A stretch of DNA of 64,000 bases, from the sequence record MN159079.1; one strand, given 5' to 3'. The notes beneath the pieces were generated by a model. That model searched no databases. It was not told the DNA's origin and worked only from the letters and a program-made list of their open reading frames with translations. Every line of letters begins with the position of its first letter. Position 1 is the first letter of the stretch. The position numbers were made by a program, and so were the translations under genes. Positions 19,739-29,408 of the stretch are shown one piece after another.

Positions 19739-20049
19739 ACACTGCAATCAAACTGGTCATCTCCCTGTCCACCCGTAACAAAGACGTCTGCGACAAGATC
19801 GCAGACCTTCTCACTCTGGAAGGCGTCATGCACGCAGAAGTGGTGACTAGCCGTTCCGTGCAGTTCGTCACCTTCCAACCCGGCGCCACTGTGAACACCG
19901 GTCACATCGATTCCCGACTCGCGGAGATCGACGTATCCGTCCTCGGTACCATGCGCGATCAACAAGGCGACTTCCACGTACTCTGCAAAGTCGGGAAAGG
20001 ATCTATCGATCTCTCCCAACAGAGCAAACTCGCGAAGGGTCTCTTCTAA
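19735..20049 (+). CDS. Hypothetical protein
   Basis: ATGA overlap with the ligA stop; AAAGGA RBS; true start MNTAIK. Confidence 0.75.
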   Translation: MNTAIKLVISLSTRNKDVCDKIADLLTLEGVMHAEVVTSRSVQFVTFQPGATVNTGHIDSRLAEIDVSVLGTMRDQQGDFHVLCKVGKGSIDLSQQSKLAKGLF

Positions 20050-20058
20050 GGAGTTAAG

Positions 20059-20334
20059 ATGTTTGAAGGTCGTGCTATTAATGTCATTATCTCGTTTGCA
20101 AGCCAGGGTGCTTACACTGAGAAGATGATTGAAATGGCCGCCGGTAAGTTGGTAGTGCCAGGTGAGGTTCATCTGGCACATGCCGACAAGATGGGTGTAC
20201 GCTATCTCTGTGTATCCCAGCGCCGTGCGGAACGTTTCGCAAAAGAGATTGGTAAGGATTGTGGTTTCGCCAAAATCATCACCCGTACCACCGATAAACA
20301 AGAAAACATCATCCTGATGGGAGTCCCCTCATGA
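20059..20334 (+). CDS. Hypothetical protein
   Basis: AAGGAG RBS, operon packing. Confidence 0.75.
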   Translation: MFEGRAINVIISFASQGAYTEKMIEMAAGKLVVPGEVHLAHADKMGVRYLCVSQRRAERFAKEIGKDCGFAKIITRTTDKQENIILMGVPS

Positions 20335-20675
20335 AGAATCCGTTTGACGTGTCAACTCCTGAATATCACATCCTGGGTCGTCACCATGTGGCCACCATTT
20401 CTCAAACCTACAGTTGTGCACCGAAAGTCCTGGGTGTTGAGCTCGGTGAAAACCGTGGTGTGAAGGAATGCAAGGAACTCTGGGCTCAAGGTAAACTCCA
20501 AGAGTTTATCGGGGAAACTACCGGAGATATCATGAGATATCGTGAAATACTCCGCACCGGAGCGAAGCGGGATGACCTCTTCAAATTCCTCGATACAGGG
20601 AACGAGAAACCACTCCCGGTCGGTTCACTCGGTCTTGCTGGCTGGGAAAACTTCGTAAGTCAAGAAATCCATTAA
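20331..20675 (+). CDS. Hypothetical protein
   Basis: ATGA overlap; GGGAG RBS. Confidence 0.75.
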   Translation: MKNPFDVSTPEYHILGRHHVATISQTYSCAPKVLGVELGENRGVKECKELWAQGKLQEFIGETTGDIMRYREILRTGAKRDDLFKFLDTGNEKPLPVGSLGLAGWENFVSQEIH

Positions 20676-20680
20676 TACAA

Positions 20681-20707
20681 GAGTTAGCAGGGTCGTCCTG
20701 CTAACTC
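20681..20707 (+). terminator. Intrinsic terminator
   Basis: gagttagcagg-gtcgt-cctgctaactc followed by ctcttt. Confidence 0.7.
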
Positions 20708-20731
20708 CTCTTTACTATATAAGGAAACGAT

Positions 20732-21433
20732 ATGAACGCCATTGTAATGAAAACTAACTCCTTGGACGGCAACAAAGTGGTTACTCTCCCGGCTATGTCC
20801 GACTACCTCACTATCGCCCGTCATCTCTATCCCAACGCAGAGATGTTCAATCTGTACCACTGTGTGCATATCGAACTCAAAGAAGCACTCAACGCACTTT
20901 TTGACCTGGGGATGGCTTCAGTGATCATTAACGACCACTTCATCACCGCTACCATGGATGACCGCGGGGTGGTTCGTTGGTCAATTGACAACATCACCTA
21001 TGTTACCGGCGATCTCTTCCCCGAAGAAGATGATTACAAGAACCTGGAGAACAACGCATCCCAGGCTTGGAGTCGTGTGTTCACGGCCTGGATGTGCGAA
21101 GAACATGCCGAAAAAGACTTCGTGGAGTTGATCTCTCATTTTGGTGGTGTCAAGATGGAGAATTATGTTCCGGATGTTAACCTGAACACACTGTACAGTG
21201 AAGTACTCTTTGCAGTGATACGTTCCGAGAAGTCTGGTGCTACTGAGCTGTCTCTTCCTGTCCGACTCCACAATGCAGAAATCCTTGCAGAGTTGTCCAA
21301 TATCGACAACACCGGGTTTGTCTTCAAGGTCTCTCATCCGATGATGGGGTTCCGGACAATTGTCAATATGGGTGGGATGTTCCCGTCCATCGAGAACATG
21401 AACGCATACTGTAAATCCAGCGAAACCTTTTAA
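20732..21433 (+). CDS. Hypothetical protein
   Basis: 233-aa ORF, AAGGA RBS. Confidence 0.75.
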   Translation: MNAIVMKTNSLDGNKVVTLPAMSDYLTIARHLYPNAEMFNLYHCVHIELKEALNALFDLGMASVIINDHFITATMDDRGVVRWSIDNITYVTGDLFPEEDDYKNLENNASQAWSRVFTAWMCEEHAEKDFVELISHFGGVKMENYVPDVNLNTLYSEVLFAVIRSEKSGATELSLPVRLHNAEILAELSNIDNTGFVFKVSHPMMGFRTIVNMGGMFPSIENMNAYCKSSETF

Positions 21434-21443
21434 GGAGAATAAC

Positions 21444-22058
21444 ATGAACTTCAACATTACTGACAAGTGCTTCAAAACAGACACCTCTGAAGTCCGTCAT
21501 ATCGTTCTGGAAGCTGACACTGAGGTCCTGGTTATCGACATGGTCAAGCCTGTCGATAAACGCCGCCATCCGTCCCATATCCCCGTCGATGTCACCGTAA
21601 GCGACCATTACGGAAAGGTACTGATGTCCTATCCCAGCCGGCTTCAGCTCGACTCAGCTCTTATCCAGATCTACACCGAGCTGGAGCTGAAAGTCAAACT
21701 CAAGTCCTGCAAAATAGAAGATCACGGAACCGTTCTGTTTTCACTCTCGGAAATAGCGATGTGTTTCGGGACCACGCTTACCCCACATCTTCTCGATATG
21801 GAGCATGAGTGTGTTCTCCCCAACGGTCTGTATCTCGGTGAAAGTGAGGATCATCCGTATCGGATCACTGTCACCAGGAAACACTCTGCTGGTTATGCCG
21901 GTGACGTTATGACCACAATCAAGTCGGAATACACCGGGCTCGCTAACCAAGGAACTACGGTCCGGTCCTACACTCATGTGACCATTCCTACTGAAACCCC
22001 ACTGACTACCGATGAGAAGTATTTCTCGAAACTCCTCGAGTACATCGGAATGAACTAA
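21444..22058 (+). CDS. Hypothetical protein
   Basis: 204-aa ORF, AAGGAG RBS. Confidence 0.75.
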   Translation: MNFNITDKCFKTDTSEVRHIVLEADTEVLVIDMVKPVDKRRHPSHIPVDVTVSDHYGKVLMSYPSRLQLDSALIQIYTELELKVKLKSCKIEDHGTVLFSLSEIAMCFGTTLTPHLLDMEHECVLPNGLYLGESEDHPYRITVTRKHSAGYAGDVMTTIKSEYTGLANQGTTVRSYTHVTIPTETPLTTDEKYFSKLLEYIGMN

Positions 22059-22066
22059 CACTACAG

Positions 22067-22093
22067 GGTGAATTACTTGTTAGGTAATTCACC
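22067..22093. terminator. Intergenic hairpin
   Basis: ggtgaattac-ttgttag-gtaattcacc, a perfect 10-bp stem. Confidence 0.55.
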
Positions 22094-22115
22094 TATCACC
22101 TTTCAGGAGATAGTA

Positions 22116-22511
22116 ATGATTGAACGCAAAGACCTCATGTTGGAAGCAGCAGATGAAATCATTGACCGCGGTTTGAGTGCGCCAGCGAATGTCAAGAAGT
22201 TTCGTGCGGGTCCTGAATGGAACCTCCACCTTCTGAATCATAAACAGTCGCGATCCTTCGTCAAGATGTCAAAACGTCGTCGAAAGATCTTTCTGGCGAC
22301 TCTGACCCACTTCAATCCGGCGACGGGTGAAATCGGCACGACTCGTTTCGGCAAGAAGAATGGTTGGGAGTGGATCCCTGTCACTCACACGTGTACCGAT
22401 AAGCACGGGAAAGCTCTTGACAATCTTCTCCAGAAATGGGCCGATCTGACATGTCAGGATGATCCTAAGCGTGTCTCCACGGGGATGTACAATGTTCCAG
22501 TTGCTAAGTGA
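22116..22511 (+). CDS. Hypothetical basic protein
   Basis: CAGGAG RBS before the ATG at 22116. Confidence 0.7.
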   Translation: MIERKDLMLEAADEIIDRGLSAPANVKKFRAGPEWNLHLLNHKQSRSFVKMSKRRRKIFLATLTHFNPATGEIGTTRFGKKNGWEWIPVTHTCTDKHGKALDNLLQKWADLTCQDDPKRVSTGMYNVPVAK

Positions 22512-22728
22512 CGAAGAAGTGAAAGGCAATCCCGGTCTGGATATATTTCTGACCAGGGCCGATATCAACCCTGAACTCAGGAGAAACTTGGAGAAACGTA
22601 TGGCGAAGCTCCAGTCGGTGAGTACTTACAATCCGAGTTTCTCTATCAGGGCTCCGCAACAACCCAATACCTTGTCAGATGGCGCGGAAATCGAGTTCAC
22701 TGATCTACTCAAAACCATTAAGGAGTAA
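22492..22728 (+). CDS. Hypothetical protein
   Basis: GGGG RBS-like sequence; fills the gap between neighbours. Confidence 0.6.
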   Translation: MFQLLSDEEVKGNPGLDIFLTRADINPELRRNLEKRMAKLQSVSTYNPSFSIRAPQQPNTLSDGAEIEFTDLLKTIKE

Positions 22729-22735
22729 ACCGATT

Positions 22736-23371
22736 ATGTTTAATTTTGCACAGAAACACGATATCGAAAAAGATACACTCGAGTTATTGGGTGACATCGA
22801 TAATGGCAGCATGGTCGTACGTGTTAGCGACGCTGGTAAAGGTACCTACGCCAGAACTATTACCATGGAGCTCACCAATCAGGGACAAACCTCTGAGGGG
22901 ATGATCGAGAATCTTCAGCTGTTTCAGAACGACCTGGAAACCATCCCGTTGATCCGCCGTCTCCATCACGGGATCAGTCTGGGTGTTTACTGGATCGGTG
23001 ACGCTGAACTGCGTCAGGATATAATCCATGCTCTATCCGAGTGGTACCACAAACTCAATGGCGATCTGATCGTTGATGAGTACATTGAGGACAGCTGGGG
23101 TGAATACACTCCTCAGATTGAAATGGAATTGGAGTTCAACCGTTCCATTACCTTCCAGTTGGGCAACTTCGACGTAAGCGTAAAGCGTACTGGTGAAGAA
23201 GGTTTCATTAAGGATGTGGTCAAGGTCTCCATGACGAATGGCCAGGCCAGCATCTGTACTTCGATCGTCAAGGACTGGGGGAAAAACCCGGAAATTCCTT
23301 GTAAAGAACTCTATGTCTCCATAATTGAAGAACATTTCGGAGCTTTTAAAGTAGAACCTAAAGGAGAGTAA
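22736..23371 (+). CDS. Hypothetical protein
   Basis: AAGGAG RBS before the ATG at 22736. Confidence 0.75.
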   Translation: MFNFAQKHDIEKDTLELLGDIDNGSMVVRVSDAGKGTYARTITMELTNQGQTSEGMIENLQLFQNDLETIPLIRRLHHGISLGVYWIGDAELRQDIIHALSEWYHKLNGDLIVDEYIEDSWGEYTPQIEMELEFNRSITFQLGNFDVSVKRTGEEGFIKDVVKVSMTNGQASICTSIVKDWGKNPEIPCKELYVSIIEEHFGAFKVEPKGE

Positions 23372-23374
23372 TTT

Positions 23375-23920
23375 TTGTCACCTGAACATCCCGAAGGCGA
23401 CTACGCTTATACCGATGGATCATCTTTGGAGAACGCCAATCCAAATGGTGGTCCTGGTGGTGTTGGTGTACACGCCAGAATAAACGGGGAAATCAAAGAG
23501 TGGGGTATTGGCTACCACAAGACGACCAATAACCGTATGGAGATACGGGCCGTTATCTTTATCCTCGAGCAATTTGAGGAACCTACAAAGATCACTGTGT
23601 TCACAGACTCCCAGTACACCATCGATGCAATCACGAAATGGATTCATGGATGGAAACGGAACAACTGGATCACTGGCGCAGGTCTCCCTGTTAAGAACAA
23701 AGATCTCTTTGAGAAACTCGATGCACTCATGAAGCTCCATGATGTGACGTTGTCCAAGGTAAAGGGTCACTCCGGTATTCCCGGTAATGAGGCGGCGGAT
23801 AAACTCGCTGGTGATGCGGCCCGGGCACCTACTATGGATGACGAGGGTTTCATCCCTCCTAGCCAACAACCCAAACCACCTCCCGGTTACACACCCTGGT
23901 GGAAACAACGCAAAAAGTAA
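23375..23920 (+). CDS. rnhA: Ribonuclease HI
   Basis: YTDGS, TTNNRMEIRA, FTDSQY, WIHGWKRNNW, VKNKDL, KVKGHSGIPGNEAADKLA: complete catalytic D-E-D-H-D set; TTG start with GGAG RBS. Confidence 0.95.
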   Translation: MSPEHPEGDYAYTDGSSLENANPNGGPGGVGVHARINGEIKEWGIGYHKTTNNRMEIRAVIFILEQFEEPTKITVFTDSQYTIDAITKWIHGWKRNNWITGAGLPVKNKDLFEKLDALMKLHDVTLSKVKGHSGIPGNEAADKLAGDAARAPTMDDEGFIPPSQQPKPPPGYTPWWKQRKK

Positions 23921-23929
23921 TTGGGAACT

Positions 23930-23959
23930 GGCTGACTGGACCGTTTGGTTCAGTCAGTC
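23930..23959 (+). terminator. Intrinsic terminator
   Basis: ggctgactggacc-gttt-ggttcagtcagtc followed by tttccttattt. Confidence 0.7.
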
Positions 23960-24011
23960 TTTCCTTATTTCTATTATTTTTTGTACGACTAACCGAACTA
24001 GAGGTAAATCT

Positions 24012-25577
24012 ATGTCAGTTTTGTTCTCTGCCTTCCCGGGTACGGGGAAGAGCACGCTGTGCAAAGCAGCGGAAAATCATGGTCTCATTCGGTGTCATGT
24101 CACCAAGGATGAAACCGGTTCTATCATCGTCGACATTCCCAGTGTGGAATCCCCGGACACCAGTGTCTACCTTTACGATAGCGACAGTTCCAACTTCCCC
24201 AAAGACGGGTTTCCTGGTAACTACATCGAACACATCAAAGAAACCCTGGGTCGTCACAAGCATGTGATCATGCTGCTGTCATCCCACGAGGAAGTGCGCT
24301 CAGCGCTCCGTGACAACGATCTGAACTACCAACTGGTATATCCGGGCCTGGATCTCAAGGAAGAGTACCTGGAGCGTTACAGAGAGCGTGGATCGCCTGA
24401 AGGGTTTATCAACCTGATGGAAACCCGTTGGGAAGAGTTTGTGGAGTCCTGCGGTGATAAGGACCCTTCCCCTGAACTGCGTAAACATCAGCTCTCTGCC
24501 GGACAAGGTCTCATCGATGTAGCCCAGCCGTTCATCGATACTGAACTCGCGAGTGTCGAGAAACCGACTCCCGCTACACCGGTTACCCTCCCGTCCAAAC
24601 TGGAGTTGAAAGAACTCTTCGCTGCTGCTACCGCAGACTTGATCGCTATCACCGAAAACAAAGATAGGTTGGTGCAAGAACAAGTCGATGGTCAGGAAGC
24701 CGCCGGTGACACTTTTGATGTCATCGCAGCGTATGCACGCGATCAATACGGTGTGGAGATCACTCCGGATATCGCCGGTGTGGAATCCTTCATGGATCAG
24801 TTGAAGACTGTACTGAAGAAGGCTGGTGAATTCCTGAAGGGTCAACCTGATAAGCGCGATCTCGTTCAGATCAAGAAGTACATCAGTGAAGCCCAGAAAG
24901 CCATCAAGGTCTATAGCAGTTCTAGCTGGCTGGATAAGCAGGTGTTCAAGACAGAAATGATCTCGGTCCCTTCTATGCCTGGTGCGCTCAAAGTCATCAC
25001 CAAACTGGAAGATGTCGATCAGATCGTTTCCCCTGTGATGTCACAGATCGAAAAGGATTTCAACGTACAGAAGAAGTTCAGTGTCCAACAGCTCCCTGCT
25101 GGCCTGAAAGTCTTCCGCAAGTACGAAAATAAATCCCTCACCGAAGCTACACAAGCCGAAGCCGTGAAAGACATCGAAGCGATGTTCAAAGAACGTCCGG
25201 CCGGGCCAGATCTGGTTAAACTGGTGGCGCCTTTGATGGGTGACCGAGTGGAAGGACGTACGCACCTTCATCCTCTCGATAAAGCTGGTGTCAAGAAAGC
25301 AGTGGGGTTCATTGAAACCTACTCTGGTTTCTGTTACCGTCTGGAAATGGAAGAACTGGAAGTCGCTGAGTCCGGGGTGTCGTTTGACGACTTGTGGGAT
25401 TCGATATTCTGGTCTGACATTCACGACGAGGAACTGAACGCGGTTCGGAAACTCCTGAAGACCATCGAATGGGAAAACATCACTGACTCCATGGGAGCCA
25501 TTAATGGCTCTTACGAGAAAGCGATACTTCCGATTCTCCAATTCCTCGAGAATTGGATTCTCTACTCTGTGGAGTAA
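24012..25577 (+). CDS. P-loop NTPase/kinase-like domain fused to a head-protein-like C-terminal region (521 aa)
   Basis: GAGG RBS at about 24001; Walker A AFPGTGKST; DSDSS; internal AGVES-FMDQLK motif. Confidence 0.75.
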   Translation: MSVLFSAFPGTGKSTLCKAAENHGLIRCHVTKDETGSIIVDIPSVESPDTSVYLYDSDSSNFPKDGFPGNYIEHIKETLGRHKHVIMLLSSHEEVRSALRDNDLNYQLVYPGLDLKEEYLERYRERGSPEGFINLMETRWEEFVESCGDKDPSPELRKHQLSAGQGLIDVAQPFIDTELASVEKPTPATPVTLPSKLELKELFAAATADLIAITENKDRLVQEQVDGQEAAGDTFDVIAAYARDQYGVEITPDIAGVESFMDQLKTVLKKAGEFLKGQPDKRDLVQIKKYISEAQKAIKVYSSSSWLDKQVFKTEMISVPSMPGALKVITKLEDVDQIVSPVMSQIEKDFNVQKKFSVQQLPAGLKVFRKYENKSLTEATQAEAVKDIEAMFKERPAGPDLVKLVAPLMGDRVEGRTHLHPLDKAGVKKAVGFIETYSGFCYRLEMEELEVAESGVSFDDLWDSIFWSDIHDEELNAVRKLLKTIEWENITDSMGAINGSYEKAILPILQFLENWILYSVE

Positions 25578-25641
25578 AAAGATACGACAAAAGGGATGGC
25601 TTGGGTAGACCCCAAGTCATCTCTTATTTTTGGGTTGTCAT

Positions 25642-26025
25642 ATGAAAACTGAAAACAAAGATGAACTGCTGATAAAACAGTTCATGGCTCGGAAGGCATT
25701 TAGCCCAACCGACATCATCGCCGATATACTCGGTCCTGCAAGCGTTTACTATCGGAAAATCACAAAACGGTTCGCTGAAGAAGTGGAAGCACTCAAGAAG
25801 GACCTGAAGCATGGTATCGTTCATGCCGATTTCCCCAAAGAGTTCTGTCCTGTCACGGGTGCACATGTGGAATACGTCTACATCGATCCCAGTGACGATC
25901 ATGTTTATTTCTCACTGGCTAGCAATCGCCCTGCCTTTGAGAATAAACTTCAGCACTTGCGTTTTTCTTACACCTACCTCCCTACACTCGCTAAGATTGA
26001 ATTGGGTGTAAAACTCGCAGTGTGA
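25642..26025 (+). CDS. Hypothetical protein
   Basis: ORF downstream of an imperfect hairpin (about 25593-25621). Confidence 0.6.
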   Translation: MKTENKDELLIKQFMARKAFSPTDIIADILGPASVYYRKITKRFAEEVEALKKDLKHGIVHADFPKEFCPVTGAHVEYVYIDPSDDHVYFSLASNRPAFENKLQHLRFSYTYLPTLAKIELGVKLAV

Positions 26026-26045
26026 TTTTAGACACGCTATAAATG

Positions 26046-26069
26046 TTTGGATAGATATTATCATAGTGT
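26046..26069 (+). promoter_or_regulatory. Recurring promoter-like motif, copy 2
   Basis: tttggatagatattatcatagtgt. Confidence 0.55.
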
Positions 26070-26141
26070 CCAGACCAGATAAGTATGGGAGGATGTATGA
26101 TAAAATTTAGGATCTTTTGCGGTACATTATGGGAGTTAATC

Positions 26142-26264
26142 GTGAAAGAAACTAAGAACCATAAGCGTGGCGTTACAGCGGCAATCATCATCCTTCTTAC
26201 CTGGGTTGGTGCTTACGCGACTGTGAAGTACCTGTTTAAAGCAGGTGAGCTTATGTTACCCTAG
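26142..26264 (+). CDS. Small membrane peptide, 40 aa (not in ORF track)
   Basis: GTG start with GGGAG RBS; MKETKNHKRGVTAAIIILLTWVGAYATVKYLFKAGELMLP, a basic N-terminus plus one TM helix. Confidence 0.6.
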   Translation: MKETKNHKRGVTAAIIILLTWVGAYATVKYLFKAGELMLP

Positions 26265-26319
26265 CCATCGGTAGTCTCACCGTTTGGTGAGACTACTACC
26301 TTTATGTTTGGAGTTTCTT

Positions 26320-27468
26320 ATGTCCGGCAAGAAAGATAAGGTTGTTAAAGTAGAAGAACAAACTCTCCTCGAACCCACACCCGTGGAAATCAAACCCAAT
26401 AACGACGTCTTCGATTCGATGGCGATAGAAATGATGCCTTATGCCAAATCCAACGGTATTCCTGAACTGTTGATCGGGAAGACCAAATTGGAAATGATTC
26501 CGTGTGAAGATCCGCCAGCACGCCATTACTATACTGGTGGAGTCGGTATGTCGTTCCACAGGGGCAAGAACAAGCCAACAACTGTCTGGTCCGGTGACAT
26601 CCCTGAAGCACCAAAATGGTACCAGGCGCATTACCGCGGGTTGGAGATCTATGCATCTGGTGACAGCACCATCGAACTGGGTGAGTATGTATCAGGTCGT
26701 TCCGATCGCAAATCGGTACTCGTTGTTGTGGATTCCACTGTCAAGGTACAACACGGTGAAATATCGGCCACCTTGGTGATCGGGGAATCAATCCTGGAAA
26801 CTGATCGCATCCACGTATGGGGTTCCGACACCAATATTTCCAAATCAACCCTTACATGTCTGGGTGGAAACATCACTCTGGAAGATAGCGATGTCAGAGA
26901 CGTCCGCGTCAATTCTGGCTGCGATATCCGACTCGATCGCTCGAGTATCGATAACATCACCCTGGCTCCGATTCTCAGCCTGGCATTGGAGAGCTGCTCC
27001 ATCACTTCCCATGATGCAACCTACGCATATGTCGACACCAACGCCAACACGACACTGCACATCAGTCGGTGCAGGGATGTAAAACTCCCGGTGGTGGAAC
27101 TCCAAGATAGGAAAATCGAGATCTATCACCGCGCTCACTTTGGGATGCTTCAGGGTGTGGGTGGTGCTGGGTTCGCCAGGTCTACCGATAACGGTATGGT
27201 CATCAGCGGTAAGGAATATGATATCATCACCATCTCTACCTTCATGAAGATGGTAGAAGAAGGTGCTAGCTATCAAGAACTGGTTAGTTACAGTGACAAG
27301 TTCGAGCCACTCTACAATGCGTTCTTTGGCGATCGTTCTTACGTACGTCCCGAAAAGAATTCTGAGTTCGGGGCTTACGAAGAAATGTTCATCAACTATC
27401 TGGGTGTCATTCTGGCCAGGTTGGAACTGTTCAAAATCATCGAGAGTGTAAAACGAGGTGAGAAATGA
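26320..27468 (+). CDS. Hypothetical protein with beta-solenoid-like repeats; paralogue A
   Basis: GGAG RBS; 5-6-residue I/V-x-x-S-x-I periodicity; HRAHFG motif shared with the next gene. Confidence 0.75.
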   Translation: MSGKKDKVVKVEEQTLLEPTPVEIKPNNDVFDSMAIEMMPYAKSNGIPELLIGKTKLEMIPCEDPPARHYYTGGVGMSFHRGKNKPTTVWSGDIPEAPKWYQAHYRGLEIYASGDSTIELGEYVSGRSDRKSVLVVVDSTVKVQHGEISATLVIGESILETDRIHVWGSDTNISKSTLTCLGGNITLEDSDVRDVRVNSGCDIRLDRSSIDNITLAPILSLALESCSITSHDATYAYVDTNANTTLHISRCRDVKLPVVELQDRKIEIYHRAHFGMLQGVGGAGFARSTDNGMVISGKEYDIITISTFMKMVEEGASYQELVSYSDKFEPLYNAFFGDRSYVRPEKNSEFGAYEEMFINYLGVILARLELFKIIESVKRGEK

Positions 27469-28574
27469 AGGGAGTAAAGATAAAGGAGTCTTCAGAAAAG
27501 ATTTCCGGGGAGTTGATGGAGGTAGGTCTGGAACTCGCTAAAGAGTGCGGCATGTTCAACCACGACCCTGTGATCAGGATCAATGGTGTCCAGTTAGTCG
27601 GTGAACTGGTGGAAAATCCGGGAAGGATTCGAGCTCCAGGAATTCGACGTAAGGACGGTAGGGAGAACACCTGGGTTGATGAAAATCATCCGGTGATGTA
27701 CAAGCGGATGGCAGATGTCAAGTGGTACAAGTTCTATGTGGAGAAGGACAAAGTACTTTATGCCACCGAAGGGACCAATATCCAGCTTGCCCACAATTTC
27801 ACCTTCCGTAATTGTGGTGACACGCCGATTGGTGAACGCTCGATCTTTATGATCGGTTGTGATATCGTCTCCGACTATCTCCACATCGACGCCGGGTCGC
27901 TCCTGGATCGTGTCCGGTACAAGGGTGCGTCGCTGACAGTGAAATCCAGTCAGTTGTCGAATGTCTCCATATCCATCGCTCGGGTCAAGATAGAGAAATC
28001 CATCTTTAAGGATATCAACGCTGACTGTTACGACAAGTTGAATGTGGACAACTCCCACATCTCTGGTTGTTACATAGATGGCTGGAAAGAGGTAACAATC
28101 TCTGACAGTACCATCGTGCGGTATGGACAGTGGTACAGCATCCGTGCCGATAACTTTGAAGGTCCGGTTGGTGATTCCACACTCACCTTGAAGAACTTCA
28201 AGGCGGTAAGTGATGGACGGCTTTGGGTCAACGAAGCCGCTAACGTCGAGTCTCTCCATCGCGCCCACTTTGGGACATTTAATGGACTGACAGACATTGA
28301 GTTCATTCGACTGAAGAATAACCATATACTGCTCGGGAGTTCCTACTCTTTCTCTCTTGAGAAATTGGAGGCTGCCAGGGAAAAGGTTGTTCAGGGTTGC
28401 AGCGAAGATAAGGACGTGTCTACACTGTTCAAGTTGTACACTGGCTCTATCTTCAAGCCGGGTAATGAGAACTATGCAATCGTTAAGAAACGTTTCATTA
28501 ACTTCATCACCTCGATCATCGAGAAGGTAAAACTGTTCCAACTGATCGACATCCTCAACTCGTCCCGTAATTAA
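27465..28574 (+). CDS. Hypothetical protein with beta-solenoid-like repeats; paralogue B
   Basis: ATGA overlap; HRAHFG motif and C-terminal FIN(Y/F)...LF helix shared with the previous gene. Confidence 0.75.
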   Translation: MKGVKIKESSEKISGELMEVGLELAKECGMFNHDPVIRINGVQLVGELVENPGRIRAPGIRRKDGRENTWVDENHPVMYKRMADVKWYKFYVEKDKVLYATEGTNIQLAHNFTFRNCGDTPIGERSIFMIGCDIVSDYLHIDAGSLLDRVRYKGASLTVKSSQLSNVSISIARVKIEKSIFKDINADCYDKLNVDNSHISGCYIDGWKEVTISDSTIVRYGQWYSIRADNFEGPVGDSTLTLKNFKAVSDGRLWVNEAANVESLHRAHFGTFNGLTDIEFIRLKNNHILLGSSYSFSLEKLEAAREKVVQGCSEDKDVSTLFKLYTGSIFKPGNENYAIVKKRFINFITSIIEKVKLFQLIDILNSSRN

Positions 28575-28582
28575 CAATCATT

Positions 28583-28611
28583 CCCTACCTCTCCTTATTG
28601 GAGAGGTAGGG
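28583..28611 (+). terminator. Intrinsic terminator
   Basis: ccctacctctcc-ttatt-ggagaggtaggg followed by tttattctt. Confidence 0.8.
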
Positions 28612-28644
28612 TTTATTCTTTCTTTTATTTTGTCCCCATAAAGT

Positions 28645-28668
28645 TTCAGATAGATATTATCAGAGTGT
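28645..28668 (+). promoter_or_regulatory. Recurring promoter-like motif, copy 3
   Basis: ttcagatagatattatcagagtgt. Confidence 0.65.
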
Positions 28669-28700
28669 ATGTCCTAGCTGTATTTATTAAAGAGGTAACA

Positions 28701-29408
28701 ATGGCAAACAAAAACACTTCCCGCAAGAACAAAAAGTACAACCCCAATAAAGCAAGAGGTCAAGGAGTCATCACCAAACTTTTTGAGAACTCGTCCCACG
28801 TGTACAAGGTGAAGAACATCACCAAGTATCTCAATCAAGCTCTGGGGGCGTTCTACGTCGTTGGAGACCTGTACCACGACCCTATGACCTTTGGTATGGA
28901 TGTCCTCACCAAGAATCTCTCTGGTGATATGTTGAAAACCGCACAGGGTCAAATGCTGGAGTTCTTATTTAAAGAGCACCGGACTTGGCATATTGAGGTA
29001 TTCCATTTCTTTGACTTCGATGGTATCGTGGAATGTGTTCCTGTTAAAGGCGCGTTCCCCGAAATGTCATTGGGGTTAATAGCCGACCTTACTACAGCCT
29101 TCATAGAAGAGTCCAGAACTGTTCTCTTTGAACTTCCAGAGTATGAAGGGATGGAGGGTCATTACAAACATTTCGGTTACTATCTCAACTATGGGGATGA
29201 CATTGACTTTGATCACATGGATCCCCTGATCACCGAAGCTTTCTTTAAAGTTTCCCGTGATCTCACTGTTAACAAAGCACCTGCGTCAATCAGTGGGAAA
29301 CACTTGATCGATTGCATGACCAAAACTCCCGATCAAATTGCCGGTAGTGAGGGTGTTGAACTCACCACCGACATGATCGATATCGAAACTCTGAAGGGAG
29401 TTAAGTGA
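28701..29408 (+). CDS. Hypothetical protein with basic N-terminal tail
   Basis: GAGG RBS; MANKNTSRKNKKYNPNK. Confidence 0.75.
   Translation: MANKNTSRKNKKYNPNKARGQGVITKLFENSSHVYKVKNITKYLNQALGAFYVVGDLYHDPMTFGMDVLTKNLSGDMLKTAQGQMLEFLFKEHRTWHIEVFHFFDFDGIVECVPVKGAFPEMSLGLIADLTTAFIEESRTVLFELPEYEGMEGHYKHFGYYLNYGDDIDFDHMDPLITEAFFKVSRDLTVNKAPASISGKHLIDCMTKTPDQIAGSEGVELTTDMIDIETLKGVK

Noticed and set aside
12965-23920. SbcC-like ATPase, LigA and RNase HI as a novel repair or defence system
   Set aside because: These are routine replication/recombination genes of jumbo phages and are not co-transcribed as one unit.
23787-24011. Extended N-terminus of the P-loop protein overlapping rnhA
   Set aside because: It spans the rnhA 3' end and a terminator; the ATG at 24012 has a GAGG RBS. 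The tracked starts at 19612, 16785, 22068, 22679, 26284, 28665, 31619, 38673 and 62046 were shortened for similar reasons.
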